This document shows positions 7,274 to 16,641 of a stretch of 64,000 bases of DNA, in pieces. The first letter of the stretch is position 1; the number at the start of each line of letters is the position of its first letter. The notes beneath the pieces are model-generated. The model saw only the letters and a program-made list of their open reading frames with translations, did not search any database and had not been told where the DNA came from. This stretch comes from an uncultured Gammaproteobacteria bacterium (GTDB lineage Bacteria; Pseudomonadota; Gammaproteobacteria; CAMYKB01). Location: contig CAMYKB010000015.1 in assembly GCA_947258875.1 (NCBI GenBank), forward strand, positions 6,607 to 70,606. Reading direction: 5' to 3'. Position numbers and translations under genes: made by a program.

Positions 7274-9778
7274 CTAGTTTATAAGTTGCACTTCTTTCAT
7301 GGGCAGCGGTGTGCCCAGTGCGTATCCCTGGGCATAGTCAACCCCTAAATTGCGCAGTTGTACCACTACATCTTCGCTTTCGACGCATTCCGCAATCGTG
7401 TCGATTCCGAGGACATGGCCAACCTGATTAATTGCTTCAACCATGGCGTAGTCAATGGAATCATCTGCCATGTCGAGGACAAAACTACCATCTATTTTAA
7501 GATAATCGACCGGCAGGTTTTTCAGGTATGTGAAAGACGACAGGCCACTTCCGAAATCGTCCAGCGCAAACTGACAGCCGTTGGTTTTCATGCTGGAAAT
7601 AAATTCACTCGCCTTAGCAAGGTTGCTGATAGCGGCTGTCTCGGTAATCTCAAAACATACACGCTCAGGAGACATCCCGCTGGCGTCAAATTCTCGCAAT
7701 ATAAAGTCCTGCAAGTCATGATCACTCAGTGAGTTGCCCGATAGGTTGATGGCGATTTGTGTATTCCCTTCTGAGCTGAATGTAGAGTCGTAACTTTTGA
7801 ATGCAGTATGAATAACCCAGCGGTCTATGGCCGACATCACGCCGTAGCGCTCAGCAGCAGGAATAAAATTCTTTGGCATGACAAGCTTGCTGCTTGCGTC
7901 CAGCAGCCTCAGGAGTAATTCATAATGTACCGGCGTATTTCCCGCACTGGATAATGACACGATAGGTTGACAGTACAGGATAAATCGATTTTCTCTTAGT
8001 GCGTCGGTAACCCCGGCGACATGTAATATTTCTGTCTGCCGACGCGTCATTTCAGTATCGTCAGAGCGGTAAACATGTATGCGGTTGCGGCCCAGATCCT
8101 TGGCGGTATTGCAGGCAAGATCGGCCTGCGTTAGCAGTTGGGCGGTATTCGTTGTGTCTGTGGTGATAGGTACCATACCAATGCTTGCGCCTATTTCAAA
8201 CTTGCGGCCATTCCAGTCGAAACGGTAATTGTTAATAGCCCCCATCATTGCTTTAGCAATATCCTTGGCGCGTTCGATTGGCGTGTTTTCAAGCAACAGA
8301 CTGAATTCATCTCCACCCAGGCGCGCAAGCGTGTCGATGCTACGGATCTTTTCCGACAACAGGTTTGAGACTTGTTTGAGTACTGCATCGCCAGCCACAT
8401 GCCCAGCTCTGACGTTAATAATTTTGAATTGGTCAAGATCGAAATAGCACAGGGTGTGTTCAATGTCATGCAGTCTGGCCGTGTCAATCGCCTGATCCAG
8501 ACGTTCCTCGAAAATACGGCGATTGAGCAGACCGGTCAGTGGGTCGTGGGTTGCCTGATGGCTGATCTCTCTGGCAAGTTCGTATGTATCAGAGACGTCC
8601 TTGATGAGTAGTACGGCTCCTTTGATGCATTTGTTGTTGTCATATACAGGGACTGCTGATCCCTCAACAGCATGTTCTGCGCCGTGCCGGTCGATGAGTA
8701 TGCAGTGCTCTGAAGATTCGATGGAATGGCCTGCGGAAAGACATGAGGATACAGGATCAGGGATGCGTTCGCGCGTCTTCGCATCTATGATTTTTAATAC
8801 GTCGTTGAGGGGTTTGTTCTGTGCGGCATATTCCGGGTGACCTGTGAGTGTTTCGGCAATAGGGTTCATGCTTTGAACTTTGCCATCAGCGTCTGTCGCT
8901 ATAACGCCATCACGCATGTTATTCAACGTGATCTGGATGAAATCTTTTTCGTTTGATAATCTGTTTTCTTCAATGACTCGTTCGCTGACATCGCGTATCA
9001 GGAGTCGCGTCCCTGACATTCCGGAGTCAGGCGATGATGTCAGCACGGAGAGTTCACAAAAGCGTAGAGTCTCATTGCCGGTCTTGATCTGGAATGTCTG
9101 TTGTCGCGTTTGTCTGCATGGCTCTTTCGCGCTGGTTAATAGATGTCGTATTCTTTGTTCTTCATCAGCCTGGAACAAGGAAAAAATGGGCTTGCCCGTT
9201 ATTTTGTGCTTATCCATTTGCAGGATTTCGCCGGCTGTATGATTGAGGTTGAGTATCGCGCTCTGCGCCTCGATATGGATCATGCCCAGCCCGGCATGGT
9301 CCATAAGCCGGTCGAAATTTTCTTTGCTTGTGTTTTGCCGGCTCGTTAGTGTGTTGATACGTGCGTATTCTGTTGTTAGAGAACCTTTGAAGTTGCGTTG
9401 TAACTTGGCTTGCGCTACTGCTTTCTTGAGTGCCAGCGGCAGTGCTCCAAGATTGACCATCTGCCATATACTGATTTGCGGGCCCAGCACGCTGGATTCT
9501 TCCAGTGACTGTTTTAGTGCGGTGAATTTGTCATCAGCACTGAGGATGAATATTTGTATCGATTGATCCCAGGCGTGAATCCAGGTCGCGGTATGAAGTG
9601 GTTCTTCCAGGTCACTGCCGAGTATGGCGACCTCAATGTCCAGGGTGTTTTCGTGCATGGCATTGAAGAGCTGGCCTTCATTCGTCAACCTGGCTATCTT
9701 CAGAGGCGACGGCATTTCGTTGCACAAATAGGCCCAGACTTCATTGTCTGGTCTGATGAGCGAAATATTGGTGCTCAT
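7274..9778 (-). CDS. multidomain c-di-GMP turnover protein: N-terminal domain, 2x PAS, GGDEF, EAL
   Basis: RLGGDEFSLLL in the GGDEF part. EAL part has YCQPIV, ELLLRL, FEITET, DDFGSGLSSFTYLK, KIDGSF. Two PAS-like segments precede them. Confidence 0.85.
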   Translation of the reverse strand: MSTNISLIRPDNEVWAYLCNEMPSPLKIARLTNEGQLFNAMHENTLDIEVAILGSDLEEPLHTATWIHAWDQSIQIFILSADDKFTALKQSLEESSVLGPQISIWQMVNLGALPLALKKAVAQAKLQRNFKGSLTTEYARINTLTSRQNTSKENFDRLMDHAGLGMIHIEAQSAILNLNHTAGEILQMDKHKITGKPIFSLFQADEEQRIRHLLTSAKEPCRQTRQQTFQIKTGNETLRFCELSVLTSSPDSGMSGTRLLIRDVSERVIEENRLSNEKDFIQITLNNMRDGVIATDADGKVQSMNPIAETLTGHPEYAAQNKPLNDVLKIIDAKTRERIPDPVSSCLSAGHSIESSEHCILIDRHGAEHAVEGSAVPVYDNNKCIKGAVLLIKDVSDTYELAREISHQATHDPLTGLLNRRIFEERLDQAIDTARLHDIEHTLCYFDLDQFKIINVRAGHVAGDAVLKQVSNLLSEKIRSIDTLARLGGDEFSLLLENTPIERAKDIAKAMMGAINNYRFDWNGRKFEIGASIGMVPITTDTTNTAQLLTQADLACNTAKDLGRNRIHVYRSDDTEMTRRQTEILHVAGVTDALRENRFILYCQPIVSLSSAGNTPVHYELLLRLLDASSKLVMPKNFIPAAERYGVMSAIDRWVIHTAFKSYDSTFSSEGNTQIAINLSGNSLSDHDLQDFILREFDASGMSPERVCFEITETAAISNLAKASEFISSMKTNGCQFALDDFGSGLSSFTYLKNLPVDYLKIDGSFVLDMADDSIDYAMVEAINQVGHVLGIDTIAECVESEDVVVQLRNLGVDYAQGYALGTPLPMKEVQLIN

Positions 9779-9875
9779 GTACTGCGTTCCTTAGGTTACT
9801 TGTAGTTTGTGTTTTCCAGCTACGGGTGTGTCGTCTTTTTTCTGCTCCGCAGCCGGATAACCCCCTTGTTATAGT

Positions 9876-10061
9876 TCATGTCTTGCTGTGCTTATCTGAT
9901 GATTGGTGTTCCTGGATGTAATCCCTGATCCATTGTCTGACGAGGCGTGAAGCGCTGTCGTCCTCTTGCTTGGCCGCATGCATGAAGGCGGTACGCAGGT
10001 CGCGGGGTACCCTGACCTGAAGAAATGCGCTGTTTTGTGTGTTTTGTTTTGGCATTGTCAT
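9876..10061 (-). CDS. ribbon-helix-helix (Arc/CopG-like) DNA-binding protein
   Basis: 61 aa. FLQVRVPRDLRTAFMHAAKQEDDSASRLVRQWIRDYI matches the beta-strand/helix/helix RHH pattern. Its start codon lies inside a perfect palindrome. Confidence 0.6.
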   Translation of the reverse strand: MTMPKQNTQNSAFLQVRVPRDLRTAFMHAAKQEDDSASRLVRQWIRDYIQEHQSSDKHSKT

Positions 10062-10077
10062 GACCTAGTCATGACAA
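10055..10077. promoter_or_regulatory. perfect 10-3-10 palindrome, candidate operator of the RHH gene
   Basis: TTGTCATGAC-cta-GTCATGACAA on the + strand. It overlaps the ATG (10061-10059) of the RHH ORF. A TTGACT -35-like hexamer lies about 35 nt upstream on the minus strand. Confidence 0.5.
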
Positions 10078-10167
10078 AATCACATGAAATGAGGAAAAAG
10101 TCAATAAATACTTGGCGTTAAGTATTAAAGCTAATCGATTATGTGATAAGTACGCCCTAAGCTACAT

Positions 10168-10206
10168 AAAAAAAGCGCGGCAGGGAAGCCCTGCCGCGCT
10201 TTTTTG
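10168..10206. terminator. rho-independent terminator (symmetric A/T tracts)
   Basis: aaaaaaagcgcggcaggg-aagc-cctgccgcgctttttt. It lies directly downstream of the 10234-10680 ORF on the minus strand. Confidence 0.8.
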
Positions 10207-10233
10207 ATTAAAAAATGATCTATCTGGCTGTTA

Positions 10234-10680
10234 TCATGCAGCGTGTAGCTTGGAAGCGCGTGCAGCTTCGGCTTCTTCGGCTGAATAGGCCTTACCCGAC
10301 CAGAGCATGTCATAGGCAATCTCTTCGTTACCGTTCTCGCACAGTTCCAGCACTTTCATGAACAAAGGCTGGAAAGTTTCACTGCGGTGAGATTCCTCGT
10401 GGTCCTCGAAGCTGTTCCAGAAGGTGACAATCAAGGCCTCTTTGCCCTTCATGTCGCTTTCAACGGCCTGGCCGATACTGCTGCCTTCATTGGAGATGTT
10501 GCCACTATTAAGCGCGACAAAACCACCGACAAAACCGGTATCTGAGTGATAGGTTTTGACGTTTTCACAGAGGAAGGCGACACGTTCCTGCAAGTCGTCA
10601 ACAGTGAATTCCGGCTTGATAATCACCCGGTTAACGGTAACGACGCCGTCGTGAGGAAAGTTAGGTATTAATCCGCTCAT
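10234..10680 (-). CDS. hypothetical protein, possibly ABM/Dabb-like ferredoxin fold
   Basis: 148 aa from the ATG at 10680, which has a GGAG Shine-Dalgarno 9 nt upstream. The motif FWNSFEDHEESH resembles the W..S.E....H pattern of ABM-fold proteins. Weak assignment. Confidence 0.4.
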   Translation of the reverse strand: MSGLIPNFPHDGVVTVNRVIIKPEFTVDDLQERVAFLCENVKTYHSDTGFVGGFVALNSGNISNEGSSIGQAVESDMKGKEALIVTFWNSFEDHEESHRSETFQPLFMKVLELCENGNEEIAYDMLWSGKAYSAEEAEAARASKLHAA

Positions 10681-10957
10681 ATGGTAAATCTCCATTAAAT
10701 AATAATATAACCAATTGCTAATATAATGATGTCCTTGAGCTATGTCAACAATACGGCCTATCTATTAATCAATATTATTTATAACCAAACATAAGTAAAT
10801 TAAATGCACTATATGTGTGGTCATAGTCACGCTCTACCACAAGATAGCGTGTGAGCATGTGGTCTTGATGCTAAACTGCGCGGTAATCTATGTTTCAGTT
10901 ACAGCAGTTTCCGGGGCGCGCTTGCGCCATAAGAATGGGTTTCCGAGGAGTAGAGCA

Positions 10958-11524
10958 ATGTACCGCAGAGTCAGTTTTGTCTTCACTATCTTCATAGTCA
11001 GTCTATCGGTCCAGGCCAATGACCTGGAGATTGCCCTGAGTGATGAGACGGCACAGTTCACCTTTACAGCTGATACGGGGTCTGTGGGTAACGGTGGTGG
11101 GCGTTTGTCCCTGGGTGGCTTTTTCAATGAGGAAGACGATATAGCCGCTACGCTTGGATTCATGGTGACCGGGCTGCCAGCCGGGCGTACGCCATTCGCA
11201 TTCGGACTTGGCGCCAAGGCCTACGCCACGCATATTGACGATATCGATGATGAATTTTACGCGCTGGCGCTAGGTGCGCGGATGCGCTACACCTTCCCCT
11301 CCAACACCCCGATGCACATCGCCGGGGATGTACATTATGCCCCTGATATCACCACCTCCAATGATGCGGATGGTTTGCTGGATGTCGTGTTGCGCTTCGA
11401 GATTGAATTTATACCCGGAACATCTGGTTTTGTCGGTTATCGGTTATTTGAACTACAGAGCGATGTCGGCAGTGACTATGAATTCGATGATAACCTGCAT
11501 CTCGGTGTACGTCTGAATTTTTGA
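10958..11524 (+). CDS. YfaZ-like outer-membrane beta-barrel protein
   Basis: GAGGAG Shine-Dalgarno. Signal peptide MYRRVSFVFTIFIVSLSVQA. Alternating beta-strand pattern. C-terminal ...HLGVRLNF with a terminal aromatic residue, typical of OMPs. Confidence 0.5.
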   Translation: MYRRVSFVFTIFIVSLSVQANDLEIALSDETAQFTFTADTGSVGNGGGRLSLGGFFNEEDDIAATLGFMVTGLPAGRTPFAFGLGAKAYATHIDDIDDEFYALALGARMRYTFPSNTPMHIAGDVHYAPDITTSNDADGLLDVVLRFEIEFIPGTSGFVGYRLFELQSDVGSDYEFDDNLHLGVRLNF

Positions 11525-11565
11525 TGTTGTCTGCAGCACGTGACTAGATAGACCGTTTAGTACTG

Positions 11566-12360
11566 ATGGCGTCAGAGGGCATAACGCGGCTGCTGGAAGT
11601 TATGGCACGTTTGCGCGATCCGCAAAATGGTTGCCCCTGGGACCTTAAGCAGACCTTCACAACAATTGCCCCTCACACGCTGGAAGAAGCCTACGAGGTC
11701 GTTGATGCGATAGAGCATGGCGATTCTGAAGATATCAAGGATGAGCTGGGTGACCTGCTGTTTCATATTGTGTTCTACGCGCAAATGGCGCGGGAGCAGG
11801 AACAATTCGACTTTGAAACCATAGCGCAACATGTCAGCGACAAACTTGAGCGGCGGCATCCACATGTATTCACTGATCAACGAATCGCTGATGAAAAAGA
11901 ACTGCATCGTGTCTGGGAGAACCGCAAGGCGGAAGAACGCGCGGCGAAGACAGAACAGAAAATAACATCGGCACTGGACGGAATCGCCATTGTCCTCCCT
12001 GAGTTGCTGAGAGCAAAAAAATTGCAACAGCGCGCCTCGCGCGTCGGCTTTGATTGGCCGGAATCGATGGAAATCTTTTTTAAAATCGAGGAAGAACTGC
12101 AAGAAGTAAAACAAACTATTGTAGAAGGCGAGGGCGAAGAACGCATCAAGGAAGAGATCGGTGATCTGTTATTTGCGGTCGTTAACCTGGCGCGCCACTT
12201 GGATATCAATCCTGAACAGGCGTTACGCTCAGGAAACCAGAAATTCGAGCGACGTTTCCGCGCGATAGAAGCTCATTTGGCTGCGGATGGGCGAGCGCCT
12301 GAAGAATGCGAACTCGCCGAGTTGGATGCATTGTGGGATCAGGTGAAGTATGTGGAATAA
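11566..12360 (+). CDS. mazG: nucleoside triphosphate pyrophosphohydrolase MazG
   Basis: Tandem MazG domains: CPWDLKQTF.T..PHTLEEAYEV.DAI, ELGDLLFHIVF, and a second EEIGDLLFAVVNLARH. Confidence 0.9.
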   Translation: MASEGITRLLEVMARLRDPQNGCPWDLKQTFTTIAPHTLEEAYEVVDAIEHGDSEDIKDELGDLLFHIVFYAQMAREQEQFDFETIAQHVSDKLERRHPHVFTDQRIADEKELHRVWENRKAEERAAKTEQKITSALDGIAIVLPELLRAKKLQQRASRVGFDWPESMEIFFKIEEELQEVKQTIVEGEGEERIKEEIGDLLFAVVNLARHLDINPEQALRSGNQKFERRFRAIEAHLAADGRAPEECELAELDALWDQVKYVE

Positions 12361-12393
12361 GCTGTAGTAGACGGCAATAAATCGAGCGAATAC

Positions 12394-12427
12394 CACTGCT
12401 GTCCCACTGACGCGTCAAATTTTTCAG
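12394..12427 (+). repeat. solo copy of the MITE end motif (CACTGCTGTCCCACTGACGCGTC + AAATTTTTCAG)
   Basis: 22 of 23 identical to the inner end of the MITE at 39079-39101 (reverse complement). Similarity continues through TTTTTCAG. Located 34 nt after the mazG stop. Confidence 0.7.
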
Positions 12428-12584
12428 CTATTGGATTTTCAACATAGCTCATACCCTCAGGTATTGGCGTTGATAAAAGTATTTTCGTTCTTTCTTGCAG
12501 TGGATTCTTTATAAAAAATATTCCGTATCCCAAGGCAGCAACGAGAATAAAAACAAAAGTAATAGCTAAAGTGGTTTTTATGAT

Positions 12585-13169
12585 TTATGAGTTTTCAGTC
12601 CACTCAAACTCCATTTGAAGCGCGGTTTTATTGGCTAATTCGAGACTATGTAGTCTACTGACTAAGTGCAGGCTCATGTCGATACCTGCGGATATGCCGC
12701 CCGAGGTAATTACTTTGCCTTCGTCTATCCAGCGCTTTGATTTCTGTACGGTCAAGTTTGGATAACCATCCCGTAAATCATTTATATCTTCCCAATGCGT
12801 TGTGACATTTAAATTATCGAGTATGTTTGCTTCGGCTAACAGAAACGCGCCAGTGCAAACTGATGCGACGATGCTTGCGTCTTCTGCGGTTTTTGAGATC
12901 CATTCAATTACCGCTGACTTTTGTATTTCCTCTGTGTATACGCCACCAGCGACAATGAGCACATCTAGTTTGGGATGGTTACCGAATCCATAGCAGGGGT
13001 TGACACTATAGCCGCCCCTCGCGGTAACGGGTTCGTTGGATTCGCCAACCAGAAAAACATTGAATGGATGTTCGGGTATGCAAACTCTTGCTGCTGTTGA
13101 GAAAACCTCAAAAGGGCCGGAAAAGTCCAAAACTTCAGCATCCGTGTAAATAAATATTCCTATGTTCAT
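12585..13169 (-). CDS. DJ-1/PfpI-family protein
   Basis: 194 aa. Nucleophile elbow SVCTGAFLLAEA and ...GGISAGIDMSLHLV, typical of the DJ-1/PfpI (class I GATase-like) fold. Confidence 0.8.
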   Translation of the reverse strand: MNIGIFIYTDAEVLDFSGPFEVFSTAARVCIPEHPFNVFLVGESNEPVTARGGYSVNPCYGFGNHPKLDVLIVAGGVYTEEIQKSAVIEWISKTAEDASIVASVCTGAFLLAEANILDNLNVTTHWEDINDLRDGYPNLTVQKSKRWIDEGKVITSGGISAGIDMSLHLVSRLHSLELANKTALQMEFEWTENS

Positions 13170-13492
13170 TTCTTATGTTTCGCTGTGTTCGGTGTGCCGC
13201 AATTGAGAAGAATGCAATTTGTATTGCGGTGCGGTTTTATTCTCTTCTAGTGGGTGTGCTGAGCAGCTATTTTCAGCAGATCTGATTAAAAATGGAACCC
13301 CGTTTCCCTATGCTGCACGAAATCATGTGCTAATATTTTCCAAGCTATCTGTGCAGGAACATGGGTTTGAATTTCATCTTTCATTTGCAAGTGCACGGAG
13401 CTCTCACCTAGAGGCTATTGCTATAATCTATATTACTGTTAACTGTATAACAATATGATTACTTGGTTTGATGCTGTTGGCATTGGTCTGAT

Positions 13493-14347
13493 TTACGCGA
13501 AGCGTGCCTCGATGCGCATCGAAAAATCTACGGCGTTTATATGTTTGGTGAGGGCGCCTATCGAAATAAAATCGACTCCTGTCATTGCGATATCGCGAAT
13601 CGACCCCAGTGATACATTGCCTGAAGCCTCCAGCTTGGCACGGCCCTTATTGAGTGCTATCGCCTCGCGCATGGCATCGATGTCGAAGTTGTCGAGCATA
13701 ATCACGTCTGCGCCGGCATGGATGGCCTCTTCAAGCTCCTGCAAATCCTCCGTTTCCACTTCGACAGTGATACCCGGATGCATGTGGCGGGCATCACTAA
13801 CCGCGTGTTCAATAGTGCCGGCAGCAACGATGTGATTTTCCTTAATTAGGATGGCGTCATACAACCCCATGCGGTGGTTGCTGCCGCCGCCACAGGTGAC
13901 GGCGTAGCGTTGTGCACTGCGAAACCCGGGTAGGGTTTTGCGTGTATCGAGGATGCTTGTGTTGGTGCCGGCGACTGCGTCTACATAAGAACGGGTAGTG
14001 GTTGCTGTAGCAGACAGCGTTTGCAAAAAGTTAAGGGCCGTGCGTTCGCCGGTGAGTATCGGGCGGGCAGGGCCTTGTAGACTGCAAATGCGAGCATCGG
14101 TTTCGACATGGCATGCATCATCCATGTGCCACTGGATGTTAATGTCGGTATCCAGTTGCCTAAAGACCTCATCGAACCAGGCCTGCCCGCACAGAATGGC
14201 AGGCTCGCGGCAAATAACATGCGCCGTAGTTTGTAACTCTTCTGGGATCAGCTCCGCAGTAATATCGCCCTGGCCAAGGTCTTCCTGTAATGCGAAGGAC
14301 ACCATGAATTCCATATCGTTGTGTAATCTGTCGGCAATTGTAGTCAT
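13493..14347 (-). CDS. nadC: nicotinate-nucleotide diphosphorylase (carboxylating)
   Basis: GERTALNFLQ..S..AT, LDTRKT.PG.R...KYAV..GG..NHR.GL.D, IMLDNF motifs of QAPRTase. Confidence 0.9.
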   Translation of the reverse strand: MTTIADRLHNDMEFMVSFALQEDLGQGDITAELIPEELQTTAHVICREPAILCGQAWFDEVFRQLDTDINIQWHMDDACHVETDARICSLQGPARPILTGERTALNFLQTLSATATTTRSYVDAVAGTNTSILDTRKTLPGFRSAQRYAVTCGGGSNHRMGLYDAILIKENHIVAAGTIEHAVSDARHMHPGITVEVETEDLQELEEAIHAGADVIMLDNFDIDAMREAIALNKGRAKLEASGNVSLGSIRDIAMTGVDFISIGALTKHINAVDFSMRIEARFA

Positions 14348-14683
14348 CGTATGTTTTTAGGCTCTGCAAAGTGATGCTGTGTAATATTGATGATAACTAG
14401 ACTGAGTGCCAGCGGTATGATCAGGCTAAGTGTTGTTGTCACACCATTCATGACATCCATTATGGCCCAGATGATTTCCAGTCAGCCGGTGGCAGCCGCT
14501 AGCATGCAAGAGGATGCAGAAACAATCAATAGCTGCCGATTATAACTGTTCCCAAAGGGGCGGTAGTGGTTCAGATATGTTCGTCCATGGATGTATCTAC
14601 TCCTGGCTTGATCTACACTGTGTTCTGTTTTCGGGTATTGTCCAGACACGCGAATCACAGGGTTGAGGTGATTCCTTGGCAGG

Positions 14684-15847
14684 TCAGTCTGTATATGCCA
14701 GGCGCAAGCCCGCAAAAATAAAACGTCTGTCAGCGGTATGAAAATTACGAAAGGTTGCACGGCGGATATCGCGCCGTGTGTAGAGGCTGCTGCCACGTAA
14801 CGAAAAATGCTTGTCATCAAAGCATGGCAAGGAATACTCATCGTAAGGGAAGGGCTTGAAATCGATATAAGGATGGAAGGTGTTGCTGCACCATTCCCAC
14901 ACGTGCCCGGTTTTTTCGATGCGCATGGCGCGGCAGGCAATTTCCCACTCGTATTCATGTGGCAGGCGCGCACCTGCCCAGTTAGCAAAGGCGCGCGCCT
15001 CGTGATACGAGATGCCATAAACCGGTTCATCCGGTTCAAGTTCGTGTGGTCCTTCAGCGCGGACGCCATACCACCAGCCACGTTTGTTCTGGCGCCAGTG
15101 ATCCGGATGATGCCCTGTGATACCGCTCAGCCACGCCCATCCCCCCTCTGTCCAGTGGCGGCGTTCCCGGTAGCCGCCTTGTTGTATAAAGCACAGGTAC
15201 TCTGCATTGGTGACTGGGAATTCAGAGATGTGAAATACTTTAACCTGCACGCGTTGTTCAGGTAATTCATTGTCGTAAGCCATAGGGTACTCGCCACCGA
15301 CCTTATATATGCCGGCAGGCGCCATCTTGGGGTGTTTGTTGAGGGCTTTGGGCTTAAGCTGTGATGCAGGTGAATAATCACCCTGATCGGACTGTAACGC
15401 GCGCTGTACTAATACCATATTCATGGTTTCGACGTGCTGGCAATGATGTTGCGTTAGAAAATGGATCAGATATTGATTCTCTAAAAGCGAGTGGGGCTTG
15501 AGGGTTTCATCACTTATTCCCGACAATAACAGGATGTTGTCATTTTGTTGCTGTCTGATTTCAGCCAGTAATGTGTCGCGCGGCGGCAGGGTGGATCCGC
15601 GTTCGGGTTTTGGTGTGAGTGGTGATATATAGAGTTTGCGTAGCGGTTTAGTCAGTTGATCATCTTCCTGAACAACCTCACGTAGCCAATAGTTCTCGGT
15701 AAACATACAATGGCCCAGATGCCAGCCTATCGGGCTAAGGTCATCATGAAACTGTTCACGATAGCCTGCTTCATCCACTGACTCGACTATGCTACATAAG
15801 CGACGTTGTATGCTGCGCAGGCGAACCAGGGGTGCGAGTAGGCTCAT
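14684..15847 (-). CDS. egtB: EgtB-like sulfoxide synthase (DinB_2 plus FGE-sulfatase domains)
   Basis: N-terminal DinB-like LSPIGWHLGHCMFTENYW. C-terminal FGE-type domain (YKVGGEYPMAYDNE, VTNAEY, WAGARLPHEYEWE, GHVWEWC, LRGSS). 4-bp overlap with the downstream egtC. Confidence 0.7.
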   Translation of the reverse strand: MSLLAPLVRLRSIQRRLCSIVESVDEAGYREQFHDDLSPIGWHLGHCMFTENYWLREVVQEDDQLTKPLRKLYISPLTPKPERGSTLPPRDTLLAEIRQQQNDNILLLSGISDETLKPHSLLENQYLIHFLTQHHCQHVETMNMVLVQRALQSDQGDYSPASQLKPKALNKHPKMAPAGIYKVGGEYPMAYDNELPEQRVQVKVFHISEFPVTNAEYLCFIQQGGYRERRHWTEGGWAWLSGITGHHPDHWRQNKRGWWYGVRAEGPHELEPDEPVYGISYHEARAFANWAGARLPHEYEWEIACRAMRIEKTGHVWEWCSNTFHPYIDFKPFPYDEYSLPCFDDKHFSLRGSSLYTRRDIRRATFRNFHTADRRFIFAGLRLAYTD

Positions 15848-16641
15848 AATTCGATCAGTTCCGGTGGTTCTTCCGGATCCAGGATGAGTAGATGATGTTC
15901 CGGGACGGATTGCCAGAACTCGGCATCCCCGGATTCGCCACTGGTGAGGCGTTCTGAGGAGACCAATTGTGCACCCTCGGGGAAGTTTTCATCATCAGTG
16001 GTGTAATACAGGCTGGGGCAGGGATCATGCAGGGCATGGCGCGATGCGTAGATGCGCACGCCATCAGTCAGCACAATATTCAGTAGTGCCTTGTGACCAT
16101 CAAGCCACTCGTCAACCTGATACAGACAGTCACGCATGGCCTCTTCGAGCGGTGTGTCGGGCTCATCAGTGAGCGTCTGCCTGATCAATGCAAACAAATA
16201 TTCCGAATCGGTATTGCCCTCAATCCCGGCCTCTATCTCGGTGCTGATCGCATCGCGTATCTGTCCACGAAGGTTGTGATTGAAGTTCTCGATAAAGCCA
16301 TTGTGTACAAACAGCAGATCTTGATGGCGGAACGGCTGTGTATTGGCTGTGCCATTGGCAAAACCGTCTGTTGCGCTGCGTACCATCGCGAGCCACATGT
16401 CTGCAGATAGGCTGCGTGCCAGATCCGACAGATTGGTGTCTGACCAAATGGGCAGGTGATTCCGATAAATGGCAGGCGATTCGTCTCCGCTATACCAGCC
16501 GAAACCAAAACCATCAGCATTCAGCCTGGCATAACGCAATTCCTGCGGAGCCCAGGATTGTTTATAGAGGCTATGCTCAGGATCCAGCAGGAATTCCTGC
16601 AAAACGATTTCCGGACCAAGATATGCGGCCAGACGGCACAT
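15844..16641 (-). CDS. egtC: EgtC-like class II (Ntn) glutamine amidotransferase
   Basis: Starts MCRLAAYLG (catalytic Cys2). NADGFGFGWY, VHNGFIENF. Adjacent to egtB and divergent from egtD. Confidence 0.7.
   Translation of the reverse strand: MCRLAAYLGPEIVLQEFLLDPEHSLYKQSWAPQELRYARLNADGFGFGWYSGDESPAIYRNHLPIWSDTNLSDLARSLSADMWLAMVRSATDGFANGTANTQPFRHQDLLFVHNGFIENFNHNLRGQIRDAISTEIEAGIEGNTDSEYLFALIRQTLTDEPDTPLEEAMRDCLYQVDEWLDGHKALLNIVLTDGVRIYASRHALHDPCPSLYYTTDDENFPEGAQLVSSERLTSGESGDAEFWQSVPEHHLLILDPEEPPELIEL

Noticed and set aside
8035-8060. GACGCGTCATTTCAG inside the PAS-GGDEF-EAL gene resembles the inner part of the repeat motif.
   Set aside because: It lacks the CACTGCTGTCCCAC portion and lies in intact coding sequence. 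Probably chance.
12339-12533. 64-aa ORF, extendable in-frame to the DJ-1 stop and preceded by a TM-like segment. Considered as a small membrane protein or a read-through extension of the DJ-1 gene.
   Set aside because: The extended frame has no canonical start codon. The ORF runs through the repeat-element copy at 12394-12427 (translated ...DASVGQQW...) and overlaps the mazG 3' end. It is most likely fortuitous.
13247-13270. CTAGTGGG... string considered as a degenerate second TIR that would make the DJ-1 gene cargo of a ~0.9-kb element starting at 12394.
   Set aside because: Only 8 nt match the TIR. There is no flanking direct repeat. The nearby TTTTCAG similarity is in the wrong orientation.
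14482-15081. 199-aa ORF overlapping the egtB 3' end in another frame.
   Set aside because: EgtB motifs occupy the same DNA. The overlapping frame has no signature and a biased composition.
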